Notes: generated by a model not told the origin, from the sequence alone. DNA of 64,000 nt from an uncultured Streptococcus sp. (GCF_905372115.1 NZ_CAJPNR010000004.1:3062-67061), one strand, 5' to 3'; numbered from the stretch's first letter, positions 1 to 9,020 are shown. Program-made: numbers and translations.

Positions 1-1739
1 TCCAGGGCGTTTTCCCTGGCGGTTTTATTGGCGTGGATATCTTCTTTACCTTTTCTGGCTTCTTGATTACCGCTCTGCTTATTGACGAGTTTGCTAAGAA
101 GAAAGAAATCGATATCCAAGGCTTTTTTAAACGACGTTTTTATCGGATTGTACCACCTCTGGTCTTTATGATTTTGGTCGTTATGCCCTTTACCCTCTTG
201 ATTCGTAAGGATTTTGTGGCTGGGATTGGGACGCAGATTGCGGCTGCTTTGGGCTTTGTGACCAACTTTTATGAAATGCTCTCAGGCGGCAGTTATGAGA
301 GTCAGTTTGTGCCGCACATCTTGATCCATACTTGGAGTCTGGCTTTAGAAGTGCACTATTATGTTCTTTGGGGCTTGGCTGCTTGGGGCTTGGGCAAGGT
401 TGCCAAGTCAACAGCCCGCTATCGCGGTATGATTGCGCTGGTTTCTGCAGGTCTCTTTTTGGTCAGCTTTGTATCAATGTTTGCTGGCGCTTTGACTACT
501 AAGAATTACTCTGATATTTATTTCTCAAGTTTGACCCATGTCTTTCCTTTCTTTGCAGGAAGCATTCTGGCTACCTTGTCTGGTGTCGGCCATGTCAGCA
601 GTCGCTTTAAGCTGCTGGAAGAAAAGCTGGCTCTCAAGCAAGTGCTAGGAATTATGGGGGGCAGTGCAGCTGTTTTGCTTTTGCTCAGCTTCCTACTCAA
701 GTTTGACAATCTTTGGACCTATCTGGTAGGGTTCTTGACTTCGACTATTTTGGCCTGTCTGATGATTTTTGCTGCTAGGATGCTGCATGATAAACTCCCT
801 GATGTGAAGGAACCTAGCCTTATCAACTTTATCGCAGATACCAGCTATGGTGTTTATCTTTTCCACTGGCCTTTCTATATTATCTTCACCCAGCTAATGG
901 GTAATGGTTTGGCTGTTCTCTTGACCACGCTGCTGTCTCTTACTTTTGCAGCCTTATCTTTCTATATTTTGGAGCCAACTCTGGCTGGTCGTCAGCCGGT
1001 TATCATGGGAACCAAGATGGATCTATCGTCTCTTACCAGACCAATCTTTTACAGCATGATTCCGCTGACTTTGATTATGTTCTTTATCTCGGTGACAGCA
1101 CCAAAGGTCGGAGCTTTTGAGGAAAGTTTGATTGTCAATGCTCTGAATCAAGCTGACACTAAGATGCAGACAACTCGAAGTCAGGTTGATCAGTCCAAGG
1201 CGACAGAGTACAATGTGGCGGACGGGATTACCATGATTGGTGACTCCGTTGCCCTACGCTCAAGCGAACAATTGCAGCAGATCTTGCCAGGAATCGAGCT
1301 AGACACTGTCGTTAGTCGCAGTCTGAGTACAGGCTTGGAGGTCTACAAGACAGATATTGCTAATAGAGTGCTGAAGAAGCAGGTTGTCCTGGCTCTTGGA
1401 ACCAATTCGTCTGGTTATTCGAATGAACTTTTGGATGAGTATGTTTCCAGCCTGCCTAAGGGTCATCAACTGATCCTCGTGACCCCTTATGACGGTCGCT
1501 CAGAGGGCGGCGTCTTGGCCCAGCAGCGGGAGTATGAGCTAGAATTAGCCAAGAAGTATGACTATGTCTTTGTGGCCGACTGGCATCAAACTGCTATCGA
1601 AAATCCGCAGATTTGGGAAGGGACAGACTATGTCCACTTTGGCTCAAACTCAGAGTCCATCATTGAAGGGGGAACTCTCTATGCCAATACCATTAAGCAA
1701 GCCATAGATGAAGCAAATTCTGGTAATGTGAAACCATAA
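1..1739 (+). CDS. Acyltransferase-3 family membrane O-acyltransferase with C-terminal SGNH-like domain (OatA-like); 5' end cut by window edge
   Basis: Frame of ORF 33..1739 stays open back to base 3 (QGVFPGGFIGVDIFF, typical acyltransferase-3 N-terminal motif). About 10 hydrophobic helices are followed by a soluble domain with ITMIGDSVA (GDS-type motif). Terminator at 1746. Confidence 0.8.
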   Translation, partial: QGVFPGGFIGVDIFFTFSGFLITALLIDEFAKKKEIDIQGFFKRRFYRIVPPLVFMILVVMPFTLLIRKDFVAGIGTQIAAALGFVTNFYEMLSGGSYESQFVPHILIHTWSLALEVHYYVLWGLAAWGLGKVAKSTARYRGMIALVSAGLFLVSFVSMFAGALTTKNYSDIYFSSLTHVFPFFAGSILATLSGVGHVSSRFKLLEEKLALKQVLGIMGGSAAVLLLLSFLLKFDNLWTYLVGFLTSTILACLMIFAARMLHDKLPDVKEPSLINFIADTSYGVYLFHWPFYIIFTQLMGNGLAVLLTTLLSLTFAALSFYILEPTLAGRQPVIMGTKMDLSSLTRPIFYSMIPLTLIMFFISVTAPKVGAFEESLIVNALNQADTKMQTTRSQVDQSKATEYNVADGITMIGDSVALRSSEQLQQILPGIELDTVVSRSLSTGLEVYKTDIANRVLKKQVVLALGTNSSGYSNELLDEYVSSLPKGHQLILVTPYDGRSEGGVLAQQREYELELAKKYDYVFVADWHQTAIENPQIWEGTDYVHFGSNSESIIEGGTLYANTIKQAIDEANSGNVKP

Positions 1740-1745
1740 ATAATC

Positions 1746-1768
1746 AGCTCGGTTCGTCCGAGCTTTTT
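1746..1768 (+). terminator. Rho-independent terminator after the acyltransferase gene
   Basis: AGCTCGG-ttcgt-CCGAGCT perfect 7-bp stem followed by TTTTT. Confidence 0.85.
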
Positions 1769-1780
1769 ATATCTAAGATA

Positions 1781-1794
1781 AGAAAGCGCTTTCA
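1781..1794. promoter_or_regulatory. cre-like (CcpA) site upstream of adhE promoter
   Basis: AGAAAGCGCTTTCA versus cre consensus TGWAANCGNTNWCA (first base differs); near-perfect palindrome. Confidence 0.4.
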
Positions 1795-1886
1795 AATTTT
1801 ATGTGAAAGTAAAAGTATGTGAAATCTCTAAAAAATAAAAAATTTTTTCACAAAAACTAAAAGAATAGGCTGTAAAATCAGTAGAT

Positions 1887-1904
1887 TTGTTACTTATTTC
1901 ACAA
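1887..1904. promoter_or_regulatory. Rex operator-like site (distal)
   Basis: TTGTTACTTATTTCACAA versus Rex consensus TTGTGAAnnnnTTCACAA; right half perfect, left half has 2 mismatches. Confidence 0.5.
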
Positions 1905-1942
1905 ATCAATAGAGAAAAGTTTGTGAATGTTAAGTGAAAGTG

Positions 1943-1971
1943 TTTACAAAAATCGTTAAATAAGTTATAAT
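1943..1971 (+). promoter_or_regulatory. adhE sigma-A promoter
   Basis: -35 TTTACA (1943-1948), 17-nt spacer, -10 TATAAT (1966-1971). Confidence 0.6.
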
Positions 1972-1975
1972 TGAA

Positions 1976-1993
1976 TTGTGAAATATTTAACAA
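1976..1993. promoter_or_regulatory. Rex operator (proximal), overlapping the predicted adhE transcription start
   Basis: TTGTGAAATATTTAACAA, one mismatch from TTGTGAAnnnnTTCACAA, 5 nt downstream of the -10. Confidence 0.7.
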
Positions 1994-2042
1994 AGGTTGG
2001 AGTTCTTCGTCTAACCTAAGGCAAAACCATTGGAGGAATAGA

Positions 2043-4697
2043 ATGGCTGAAAAGAAGAAAACGGTAGAACAAGAAGACAAGGCTTTGGCAGCGCAAAAGC
2101 ATGTCGACGAATTGGTGCAAAAAGGTCTGGTTGCACTCGAGGAAATGAGAAAGCTGAATCAGGAACAGGTGGACTACATCGTAGCCAAGGCCTCTGTAGC
2201 AGCTTTGGATGCCCATGGTGAGTTGGCTCTGCATGCTTATGAAGAAACGGGTCGCGGAGTTTTTGAAGATAAGGCAACTAAAAACCTTTTCGCCTGTGAG
2301 CACGTTGTGAATAATATGCGCCATACGAAAACTGTCGGCGTTATTGAAGAAGATGATGTGACTGGTTTAACCTTGATTGCGGAGCCAGTGGGTGTTGTCT
2401 GCGGAATTACTCCAACAACTAACCCAACTTCAACAGCTATTTTTAAGGCTTTGATTTCCTTAAAAACGCGTAATCCGATTATCTTTGCTTTCCACCCATC
2501 AGCTCAAGAATCTTCTGCTCATGCAGCACAAATCGTGCGTGATGCAGCGATTGCAGCAGGTGCGCCTGAAAACTGTGTGCAATGGATTACACAACCATCT
2601 ATGGAAGCAACTTCTGCACTTATGAACCACGAAGGGATTGCAACAATCCTTGCGACAGGTGGTAACGCAATGGTGAAGGCAGCTTACTCATGTGGTAAGC
2701 CAGCTCTTGGGGTTGGTGCCGGAAACGTACCAGCTTACGTAGAAAAATCAGCTAATATCCGTCAAGCAGCGCACGATATCGTTATGTCTAAATCCTTTGA
2801 CAATGGTATGGTCTGTGCTTCTGAGCAAGCTGTTATCATTGATAAGGAAGTTTATGATGAATTTGTAGAAGAGTTCAAATCTTATCATACTTACTTTGTA
2901 AATAAGAAAGAAAAAGCTCTGTTGGAAGAATTCTGCTTCGGTGCTAAGGCTAATAGCAAAAACTGTGCTGGTGCTAAGCTCAATCCGGATATCGTTGGTA
3001 AGCCAGCTACTTGGATTGCAGAGCAAGCAGGCTTCAGCGTGCCAGAAGATACGAATATCTTGGCTGCAGAGTGTAAAGAAGTTGGTGAAAAAGAGCCATT
3101 GACACGTGAAAAACTGTCACCTGTCATCGCTGTTCTCAAGTCTGAATCCCGTGAAGACGGTGTTGAAAAGGCCCGTCAAATGGTAGAATTCCATGGTCTT
3201 GGTCACTCAGCTGCTATCCATACAGCGGACGAAGAATTGACTAAGGAATTTGGTAAGGCTGTTCGTGCCATCCGTGTTATTTGCAACTCACCTTCTACTT
3301 TCGGCGGTATCGGGGATGTTTATAATGCCTTCCTGCCATCACTGACTCTTGGCTGTGGATCTTATGGCCGCAACTCAGTAGGTGATAACGTTAGTGCTGT
3401 GAATCTCTTGAACATCAAAAAAGTAGGAAGACGTAGAAATAATATGCAATGGATGAAACTCCCTTCAAAAACTTACTTCGAGCGTGACTCTATCCAATAT
3501 CTGCAAAAGTGTCGTGATGTGGAACGTGTCATGATCGTAACAGACCATGCGATGGTAGAGCTTGGTTTCCTAGATCGTATCATCGAACAACTCGATCTTC
3601 GTCGTAATAAGGTTGTTTACCAAATCTTTGCAGACGTAGAACCAGATCCAGATATTACTACAGTTGAACGTGGTACAGAGATTATGCGTACCTTCAAACC
3701 TGATACAATCATCGCGCTTGGTGGTGGTTCACCAATGGACGCAGCTAAAGTCATGTGGCTCTTCTATGAGCAACCAGAAGTGGACTTCCGTGACCTTGTG
3801 CAAAAATTCATGGATATCCGTAAACGTGCCTTCAAATTCCCGTTGCTTGGTAAGAAGACTAAGTTTATCGCAATTCCTACAACATCTGGTACAGGTTCAG
3901 AAGTGACACCATTTGCCGTTATCTCTGACAAGGCTAACAACCGTAAGTACCCAATCGCTGACTACTCTCTGACTCCAACTGTAGCCATCGTAGACCCAGC
4001 TCTGGTACTGACTGTTCCAGGATTTGTTGCAGCAGACACTGGTATGGACGTGCTGACTCACGCAACAGAAGCTTATGTATCTCAGATGGCAAGCGACTTT
4101 ACGGATGGTTTGGCTCTCCAAGCAATCAAACTAGTCTTTGAAAACCTGGAAAGCTCTGTTAAGAACGCAGACTTCCACTCTCGCGAAAAGATGCACAATG
4201 CCTCTACTATCGCTGGTATGGCCTTTGCCAATGCCTTCCTGGGAATTTCCCACTCTATGGCCCATAAGATTGGTGCTCAGTTCCATACGATCCACGGTCG
4301 TACCAATGCGATCTTGCTGCCATATGTAATCCGCTACAACGGTACACGTCCAGCTAAGACAGCGACATGGCCTAAGTACAACTACTACCGTGCGGATGAG
4401 AAATACCAAGACATTGCTCGCATGCTTGGCTTGCCAGCTTCTACTCCAGAAGAAGGTGTGGAATCTTACGCAAAAGCTGTTTATGAACTGGGAGAACGTG
4501 TCGGTATCGAAATGAACTTCAAGGCTCAAGGTATTGACGAAAAAGAATGGAAAGAACATTCACGCGAATTGGCCTTCCTTGCTTATGAAGATCAATGCTC
4601 TCCAGCCAACCCACGCCTTCCAATGGTTGACCACATGCAGGAAATCATCGAAGACGCATACTATGGCTACAAGGAACGCCCAGGACGCCGCAAATAA
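2043..4697 (+). CDS. adhE: Bifunctional acetaldehyde-CoA/alcohol dehydrogenase
   Basis: About 884 aa with an N-terminal aldehyde dehydrogenase domain and a C-terminal iron-type alcohol dehydrogenase domain (GGGSPMDAAK). ATG at 2043 is preceded by GGAGG; the ORF-track start 1971 (TTG) lies inside the promoter. Confidence 0.97.
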   Translation: MAEKKKTVEQEDKALAAQKHVDELVQKGLVALEEMRKLNQEQVDYIVAKASVAALDAHGELALHAYEETGRGVFEDKATKNLFACEHVVNNMRHTKTVGVIEEDDVTGLTLIAEPVGVVCGITPTTNPTSTAIFKALISLKTRNPIIFAFHPSAQESSAHAAQIVRDAAIAAGAPENCVQWITQPSMEATSALMNHEGIATILATGGNAMVKAAYSCGKPALGVGAGNVPAYVEKSANIRQAAHDIVMSKSFDNGMVCASEQAVIIDKEVYDEFVEEFKSYHTYFVNKKEKALLEEFCFGAKANSKNCAGAKLNPDIVGKPATWIAEQAGFSVPEDTNILAAECKEVGEKEPLTREKLSPVIAVLKSESREDGVEKARQMVEFHGLGHSAAIHTADEELTKEFGKAVRAIRVICNSPSTFGGIGDVYNAFLPSLTLGCGSYGRNSVGDNVSAVNLLNIKKVGRRRNNMQWMKLPSKTYFERDSIQYLQKCRDVERVMIVTDHAMVELGFLDRIIEQLDLRRNKVVYQIFADVEPDPDITTVERGTEIMRTFKPDTIIALGGGSPMDAAKVMWLFYEQPEVDFRDLVQKFMDIRKRAFKFPLLGKKTKFIAIPTTSGTGSEVTPFAVISDKANNRKYPIADYSLTPTVAIVDPALVLTVPGFVAADTGMDVLTHATEAYVSQMASDFTDGLALQAIKLVFENLESSVKNADFHSREKMHNASTIAGMAFANAFLGISHSMAHKIGAQFHTIHGRTNAILLPYVIRYNGTRPAKTATWPKYNYYRADEKYQDIARMLGLPASTPEEGVESYAKAVYELGERVGIEMNFKAQGIDEKEWKEHSRELAFLAYEDQCSPANPRLPMVDHMQEIIEDAYYGYKERPGRRK

Positions 4698-4739
4698 GCG
4701 AGCAGCTTCCTCAATTAAAAATAAGACAGTTTGTCGGTC

Positions 4740-4767
4740 ATCCCCTGCCCTTTGGTGGGGGATTTTT
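4740..4767 (+). terminator. adhE terminator
   Basis: ATCCCC ... GGGGAT stem followed by TTTTT. Confidence 0.8.
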
Positions 4768-4964
4768 CTATGTGTCTTAGCGAGGCAAGACCATTGGTCG
4801 AAGCCAAGCTTAGAGACATGGATGCTGAGGAGCGTAGCGACGTGAGCTCTAGGTCTCTTAACGAAAGGAGCTTGCTGGGGTAAAAAGACGTAAACCTTCT
4901 GATTACTTGTGATTAAGTGAGCTTTTGTGCTAAGATAAGAGGAGAATGAAAAAAGGAGAGTAAT

Positions 4965-5645
4965 GTGATTTTTTTATCTTTATGGGCTGGGCTGTTGAGT
5001 GGTCTTTGCTGGTTATTGGGGGATATTCTGCTGGTTGGCTTTGAGGTAGATAAGGAAAGTTATGCCTACTTTACGGAGCAGAGTCGGATTGGCAATAAGA
5101 ATCTGGCTATGCTGATGCTGTCTGGTTCTGTCAATCGGCTGCGTCTGGGTGCTCTGGTGGCTAACTTCTCAATTCCTCTTATGTTAGTCTCGCTTTATGC
5201 TCTCTTTGGTTTGACAAATAAGGGCTTGTGGGCCTACCTGTCAATAGCCTTGTTAGGAATTGGATTTGCCCTATCGCCAGTGGCACATGTGGCTTTTTAC
5301 TACGTTGGGATCATCAGCAAAAAGGCTTATAAACGAAGCAACGGACAGGTCTGCTCAGACGAAGACAGCGAGCTTATCAATGAAGCAGTGCTCTTTCTAG
5401 ATATAACCTGGCGGACAGCTATCGCTCTGACAGGTCTAGGTTGGCTCATTTACTCACTGCTAATAGTTGCCGGTCAGACAATATTGCCTGCTTATCTGGG
5501 GCTGCTGACCCCTTTACCGCTCAGTCTGTTAACTATCTTACTAGTAGAAAAGCTGAGAATCGGACGTCCCTACCTTAACGGAGCTGGCCTAAATATAGGA
5601 TTTAGTTTGTTCTATTTACTGCTCCTGCTTCATATAGGTTCTTAG
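4965..5645 (+). CDS. Hypothetical integral membrane protein (about 6 TM)
   Basis: GTG start preceded by AAAGGAGAG; hydrophobic throughout; no family recognised. Confidence 0.6.
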   Translation: MIFLSLWAGLLSGLCWLLGDILLVGFEVDKESYAYFTEQSRIGNKNLAMLMLSGSVNRLRLGALVANFSIPLMLVSLYALFGLTNKGLWAYLSIALLGIGFALSPVAHVAFYYVGIISKKAYKRSNGQVCSDEDSELINEAVLFLDITWRTAIALTGLGWLIYSLLIVAGQTILPAYLGLLTPLPLSLLTILLVEKLRIGRPYLNGAGLNIGFSLFYLLLLLHIGS

Positions 5646-5697
5646 GCAGTGAATCGGTTAAATTTCAGAAAAAACAGAAAATCTATATGTTAACCTA

Positions 5698-5726
5698 TTG
5701 AAAAATTTCTATTTCTGTGGTATGAT
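5698..5726 (+). promoter_or_regulatory. Promoter of the esterase gene
   Basis: -35 TTGAAA, 17-nt spacer, extended -10 TGgTATGAT. Confidence 0.6.
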
Positions 5727-5761
5727 GAAAGAGGTTTCAAGAATCGTTGGGAGGATAAGAC

Positions 5762-6763
5762 ATGAAAAACCCTACTTTACTTAAAGAATGTTTACATTAT
5801 CGCGGAAGAGATGAAATGCCCGACGATTTTGATACCTTTTGGAATAAACAAGTGGCGGAGTTGGAAGTGCCTCAGGACTACCAGTTGCTGGAAAAAGATT
5901 TTCAAATTGCATATGCGACTTGCTATGAGCTAACCTTCAAGTCTGGAAACGGTGGACAAATCTACGCTAAGCTAGTTGTGCCTAAGTTATCAGAAAAAGT
6001 TCCGGTATTGTTTCATTTTCATGGTTATATGGGGCAGGGATGGGATTGGTCTGATATGCTGGCCTATACGGCAGCGGGCTGGGGTGTGGTGTCGATGGAT
6101 GTTCGTGGTCAGTCAGGATATTCACTGGATGGTGATAGAGAAGTCCGCGGCAATACTGTTAAAGGACATATTATCCGCGGGGCTCTAGATGGACCGGATC
6201 AGCTCTTTTTCAAGGATGTCTATCTGGATGTTTACACCTTGGTCGAGCTAGTGGCTGGTTTGGACTTCGTGGATGAAAACCGTTTGTCTAGTTTTGGAGG
6301 CTCACAGGGCGGAGCCTTGGCTTTGGTAGCAGCTGCATTAAATTCTCGGATCAAGCAGACTGTAGCCATCTATCCCTTCCTTGCTGACTTTAGACGGGTT
6401 TTGGAGATTGGCAATACCAGTGAAGCCTATGATGAGCTCTTTCGTTATTTCAAATTCCATGATCCTTTTCATGAGACAGAAGAGCAGTTGTTGCGGACAC
6501 TTGCTTATATTGACGTGAAAAATCTGGCCCATCGTATTAGCTGTCCAGTGCAGATGATTATTGGCCTAGAGGATGATGTTTGCTATCCTATCACGCAGTT
6601 TGCCATCTATAACAGCTTGGCTGGAGAAAAAGAGTATCATCTCCTGCCTGAGTATGGGCATGAGGCTATGAATGTCCGTGTCAGCGATACTGTCTTTAAC
6701 TGGCTCTGCGGAACCAAAATAAAAAGACTTTCTCTCGTTTCGGACTTGAAATCCGAGAGATAA
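5762..6763 (+). CDS. CE7-family acetyl esterase (acetylxylan esterase / cephalosporin-C deacetylase-like); probable sialate O-acetylesterase role by context
   Basis: GGSQGG nucleophile-elbow motif and C-terminal YGHE catalytic His motif; sits at the head of the nan cluster, as the axe gene does in the pneumococcal nan locus. Confidence 0.85.
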   Translation: MKNPTLLKECLHYRGRDEMPDDFDTFWNKQVAELEVPQDYQLLEKDFQIAYATCYELTFKSGNGGQIYAKLVVPKLSEKVPVLFHFHGYMGQGWDWSDMLAYTAAGWGVVSMDVRGQSGYSLDGDREVRGNTVKGHIIRGALDGPDQLFFKDVYLDVYTLVELVAGLDFVDENRLSSFGGSQGGALALVAAALNSRIKQTVAIYPFLADFRRVLEIGNTSEAYDELFRYFKFHDPFHETEEQLLRTLAYIDVKNLAHRISCPVQMIIGLEDDVCYPITQFAIYNSLAGEKEYHLLPEYGHEAMNVRVSDTVFNWLCGTKIKRLSLVSDLKSER

Positions 6764-6780
6764 TATTCGTCCCCCCTTTG

Positions 6781-6807
6781 GGGCTAGGTAAAGGCCTAGC
6801 CCTTTTT
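6781..6807 (+). terminator. Terminator after the esterase gene
   Basis: GGGCTAGG-taaagg-CCTAGCCC followed by TTTTT. Confidence 0.85.
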
Positions 6808-6885
6808 ACTTGCCTGAGGGAGTATAGAAAGTGAGAATCTTTTTAGAAGTTTGCTTGCTCTTTCATTGACTTTTCTACAAAACGG

Positions 6886-6909
6886 ATTTCTGAAAGTACT
6901 TTCAGAAAT
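6886..6909. promoter_or_regulatory. Perfect 24-bp palindrome upstream of the nanE promoter (candidate RpiR/NanR operator)
   Basis: ATTTCTGAAAGT|ACTTTCAGAAAT, centred about 65 bp upstream of the -35. Confidence 0.55.
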
Positions 6910-6959
6910 TTCTGCTTTTCTGGAAAATTCGGAAACTAAAATCTAAATTTCAAACAATA

Positions 6960-6988
6960 TTGAAAGCGCTTTAAAAATTATTTATAAT
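6960..6988 (+). promoter_or_regulatory. nan operon promoter
   Basis: -35 TTGAAA (6960-6965), 17-nt spacer, -10 TATAAT (6983-6988). Confidence 0.6.
6961..6974. promoter_or_regulatory. cre (CcpA) site overlapping the -35/spacer of the nan promoter
   Basis: TGAAAGCGCTTTAA versus TGWAANCGNTNWCA (one mismatch). Confidence 0.6.
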
Positions 6989-7141
6989 AACATTATGAAA
7001 TACTCGAGTTAAAAAACGGAGTCCAGGATAAGGAAGTAAAAATATTTGTTTGCGGCCTTCTTCTCTGCTCCACCTGAGGTCCTAGGTAGTTGTTAGACTA
7101 TCTGATCAGACCGACGTCTTACGAAAGGAGATTGTATATTC

Positions 7142-7840
7142 ATGTCACAGATTTTAAAAGATGACTTGATAGCCAAGATTAAAGACGGCATCATTGTTTC
7201 CTGTCAAGCCTTGCCCCAGGAGCCGCTTTATACGGAAGCTGGAGGAGTCATTCCTCTCTTGGTCAAGGCAGCTGAGCAGGGCGGTGCTGTAGGTATTCGA
7301 GCTAATAGCGTTCGCGATATTCGGGAGATTAAGGAAGTAACTTCTCTGCCTATCATCGGAATTATCAAACGCGACTATCCGCCACAAGAGCCTTTTATCA
7401 CGGCTACCATGCGGGAAGTGGATGAGTTGGCTGCTCTGGATATTGAAGTCATTGCTCTGGACTGTACCAAGCGGGAGCGCCATGATGGCCTGACAATTGC
7501 GGATTTCATCAAGCAGGTCAAGGCCAAGTATCCCCATCAGCTATTGATGGCAGATATCAGCACCTATGAGGAAGCCGCTGCTGCTGTAGAAGCTGGTGTA
7601 GACTTTGTCGGCACGACCTTGTCGGGCTACACTTCCTACAGCCCTAAGGTTGACGGACCGGACATTGAGCTCATCCGCCGCTTGTGCCAAGCAGGCTTTG
7701 ACGTCATCGCTGAAGGAAAGATTCATTATCCAAGTCAAGCCAAGCAGATACATGATTTGGGTGTAAGAGGCATCGTTGTCGGCGGAGCCATTACTCGGCC
7801 TAAAGAAATTACAGAGCGCTTTGTTGCAGGATTAAAATAA
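7142..7840 (+). CDS. nanE: N-acetylmannosamine-6-phosphate 2-epimerase
   Basis: 232 aa NanE family (IVSCQAL...GAVGIRAN...GIIKRDY...ADIST...GTTLSGYT). Confidence 0.9.
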   Translation: MSQILKDDLIAKIKDGIIVSCQALPQEPLYTEAGGVIPLLVKAAEQGGAVGIRANSVRDIREIKEVTSLPIIGIIKRDYPPQEPFITATMREVDELAALDIEVIALDCTKRERHDGLTIADFIKQVKAKYPHQLLMADISTYEEAAAAVEAGVDFVGTTLSGYTSYSPKVDGPDIELIRRLCQAGFDVIAEGKIHYPSQAKQIHDLGVRGIVVGGAITRPKEITERFVAGLK

Positions 7841-7853
7841 GTGAGGTAGATGA

Positions 7854-8990
7854 ATGACAACCTTAACACTAAATAAACTATATAAAAAATATCCTAATAG
7901 TGATTTTTACTCTGTTGAAAATTTTGATTTGGATATTAAGGATAAGGAGTTTATCGTTTTTGTAGGACCTTCCGGTTGCGGGAAATCAACAACCTTGCGG
8001 ATGATTGCAGGACTTGAGGATATCACAGAAGGGGAGCTCTATATTGATCAAAATCTTGTCAATGACATTGCTCCTAAAGATCGGGATATCGCCATGGTTT
8101 TCCAAAATTATGCCCTTTATCCTCACATGACTGTTTATGACAATATGGCATTCGGACTCAAGCTTCGCAAGTATGACAAGGCTGATATTGACAAAAGAGT
8201 TCAGGAAGCGGCGGAAATCCTTGGGCTGAAAGAACTGCTGGATCGTAAACCAGCCGACCTATCTGGTGGTCAGCGTCAGCGGGTAGCTATGGGGCGGGCG
8301 ATTGTCCGTGATGCCAAGGTCTTCCTTATGGATGAGCCTTTATCTAACTTGGATGCTAAGCTGCGCGTGTCCATGCGGGCAGAAATCGCAAAAATTCACC
8401 GCCGTATCGGAGCGACGACAATCTATGTAACCCACGATCAGACCGAGGCCATGACCTTGGCTGACCGCATCGTTATCATGTCAGCTACTAAGAACGAAGC
8501 AGGAACAGGTACTATCGGCCGAATTGAGCAAATCGGTACACCTCAGGAACTTTATAACGAGCCAGCTAATAAATTTGTGGCAGGTTTTATCGGCAGTCCA
8601 GCCATGAATTTCTTTGAAGTGAACTTAGAGGGCAATCAGCTTACAGACGGACAAGGTTTTGCTGTTGGACTTCCAGATGGTCAGCGTAAAATCCTAGAAG
8701 AAAAAGGCTATCAAGGAAAGAAAGTGATACTGGGCATTCGACCAGAGGATATCTCGGCTGAGTTGATAGTGGAAGACACTTTTCCAGATAGCACTGTAGA
8801 TGCTGAAGTCACCGTTTCTGAGTTGCTAGGCAGCGAGTCTGTTCTCTATTGTAAGGCTGGCGTACAAGAATTTTCAGCCAAGGTGGAAGCTTCTAACTAT
8901 TTGGAGCCTGGCTCTAAGATTCGCTTTACCTTTAAGATGCCTAAGGCTCATATATTTGATTTTGATAGTCAGGAGCGAATCAAAATCTAA
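7854..8990 (+). CDS. Sugar ABC transporter ATP-binding protein (MsmK/MalK/UgpC type)
   Basis: Walker A GPSGCGKST, signature LSGGQRQR, Walker B FLMDEPLSNLD, C-terminal MalK-type regulatory domain. Confidence 0.9.
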   Translation: MTTLTLNKLYKKYPNSDFYSVENFDLDIKDKEFIVFVGPSGCGKSTTLRMIAGLEDITEGELYIDQNLVNDIAPKDRDIAMVFQNYALYPHMTVYDNMAFGLKLRKYDKADIDKRVQEAAEILGLKELLDRKPADLSGGQRQRVAMGRAIVRDAKVFLMDEPLSNLDAKLRVSMRAEIAKIHRRIGATTIYVTHDQTEAMTLADRIVIMSATKNEAGTGTIGRIEQIGTPQELYNEPANKFVAGFIGSPAMNFFEVNLEGNQLTDGQGFAVGLPDGQRKILEEKGYQGKKVILGIRPEDISAELIVEDTFPDSTVDAEVTVSELLGSESVLYCKAGVQEFSAKVEASNYLEPGSKIRFTFKMPKAHIFDFDSQERIKI

Positions 8991-9006
8991 GAATTTTAAA
9001 CAAAAA

Positions 9007-9020
9007 TGAAAACGCTATCT
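9007..9020. promoter_or_regulatory. cre-like site in the 257-bp gap before the binding-protein gene
   Basis: TGAAAACGCTATCT versus TGWAANCGNTNWCA (last base differs). Confidence 0.4.

Noticed and set aside
1971-2042. N-terminal extensions in the ORF track. Examples: adhE from TTG 1971; 12252 for the YhcH-like gene; 21668 for ntpC; 22975 for the GNAT; 36184 for glgP; 38573, 42225, 45807 (mutL), 48976 (ruvA), 51045 (cinA), 56789 (folC) and 60623.
   Set aside because: In each case an internal ATG preceded by a good Shine-Dalgarno sequence begins the conserved N-terminus of the family. The extension overlaps an upstream gene, promoter or terminator.
4770-4900. Calling the GC-rich block, or the 27773/28005 repeats, pneumococcal-type BOX elements.
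   Set aside because: There are only short, scattered resemblances to the boxA region as I recall it (around the BOXA1R primer sequence). I cannot align convincingly by eye.
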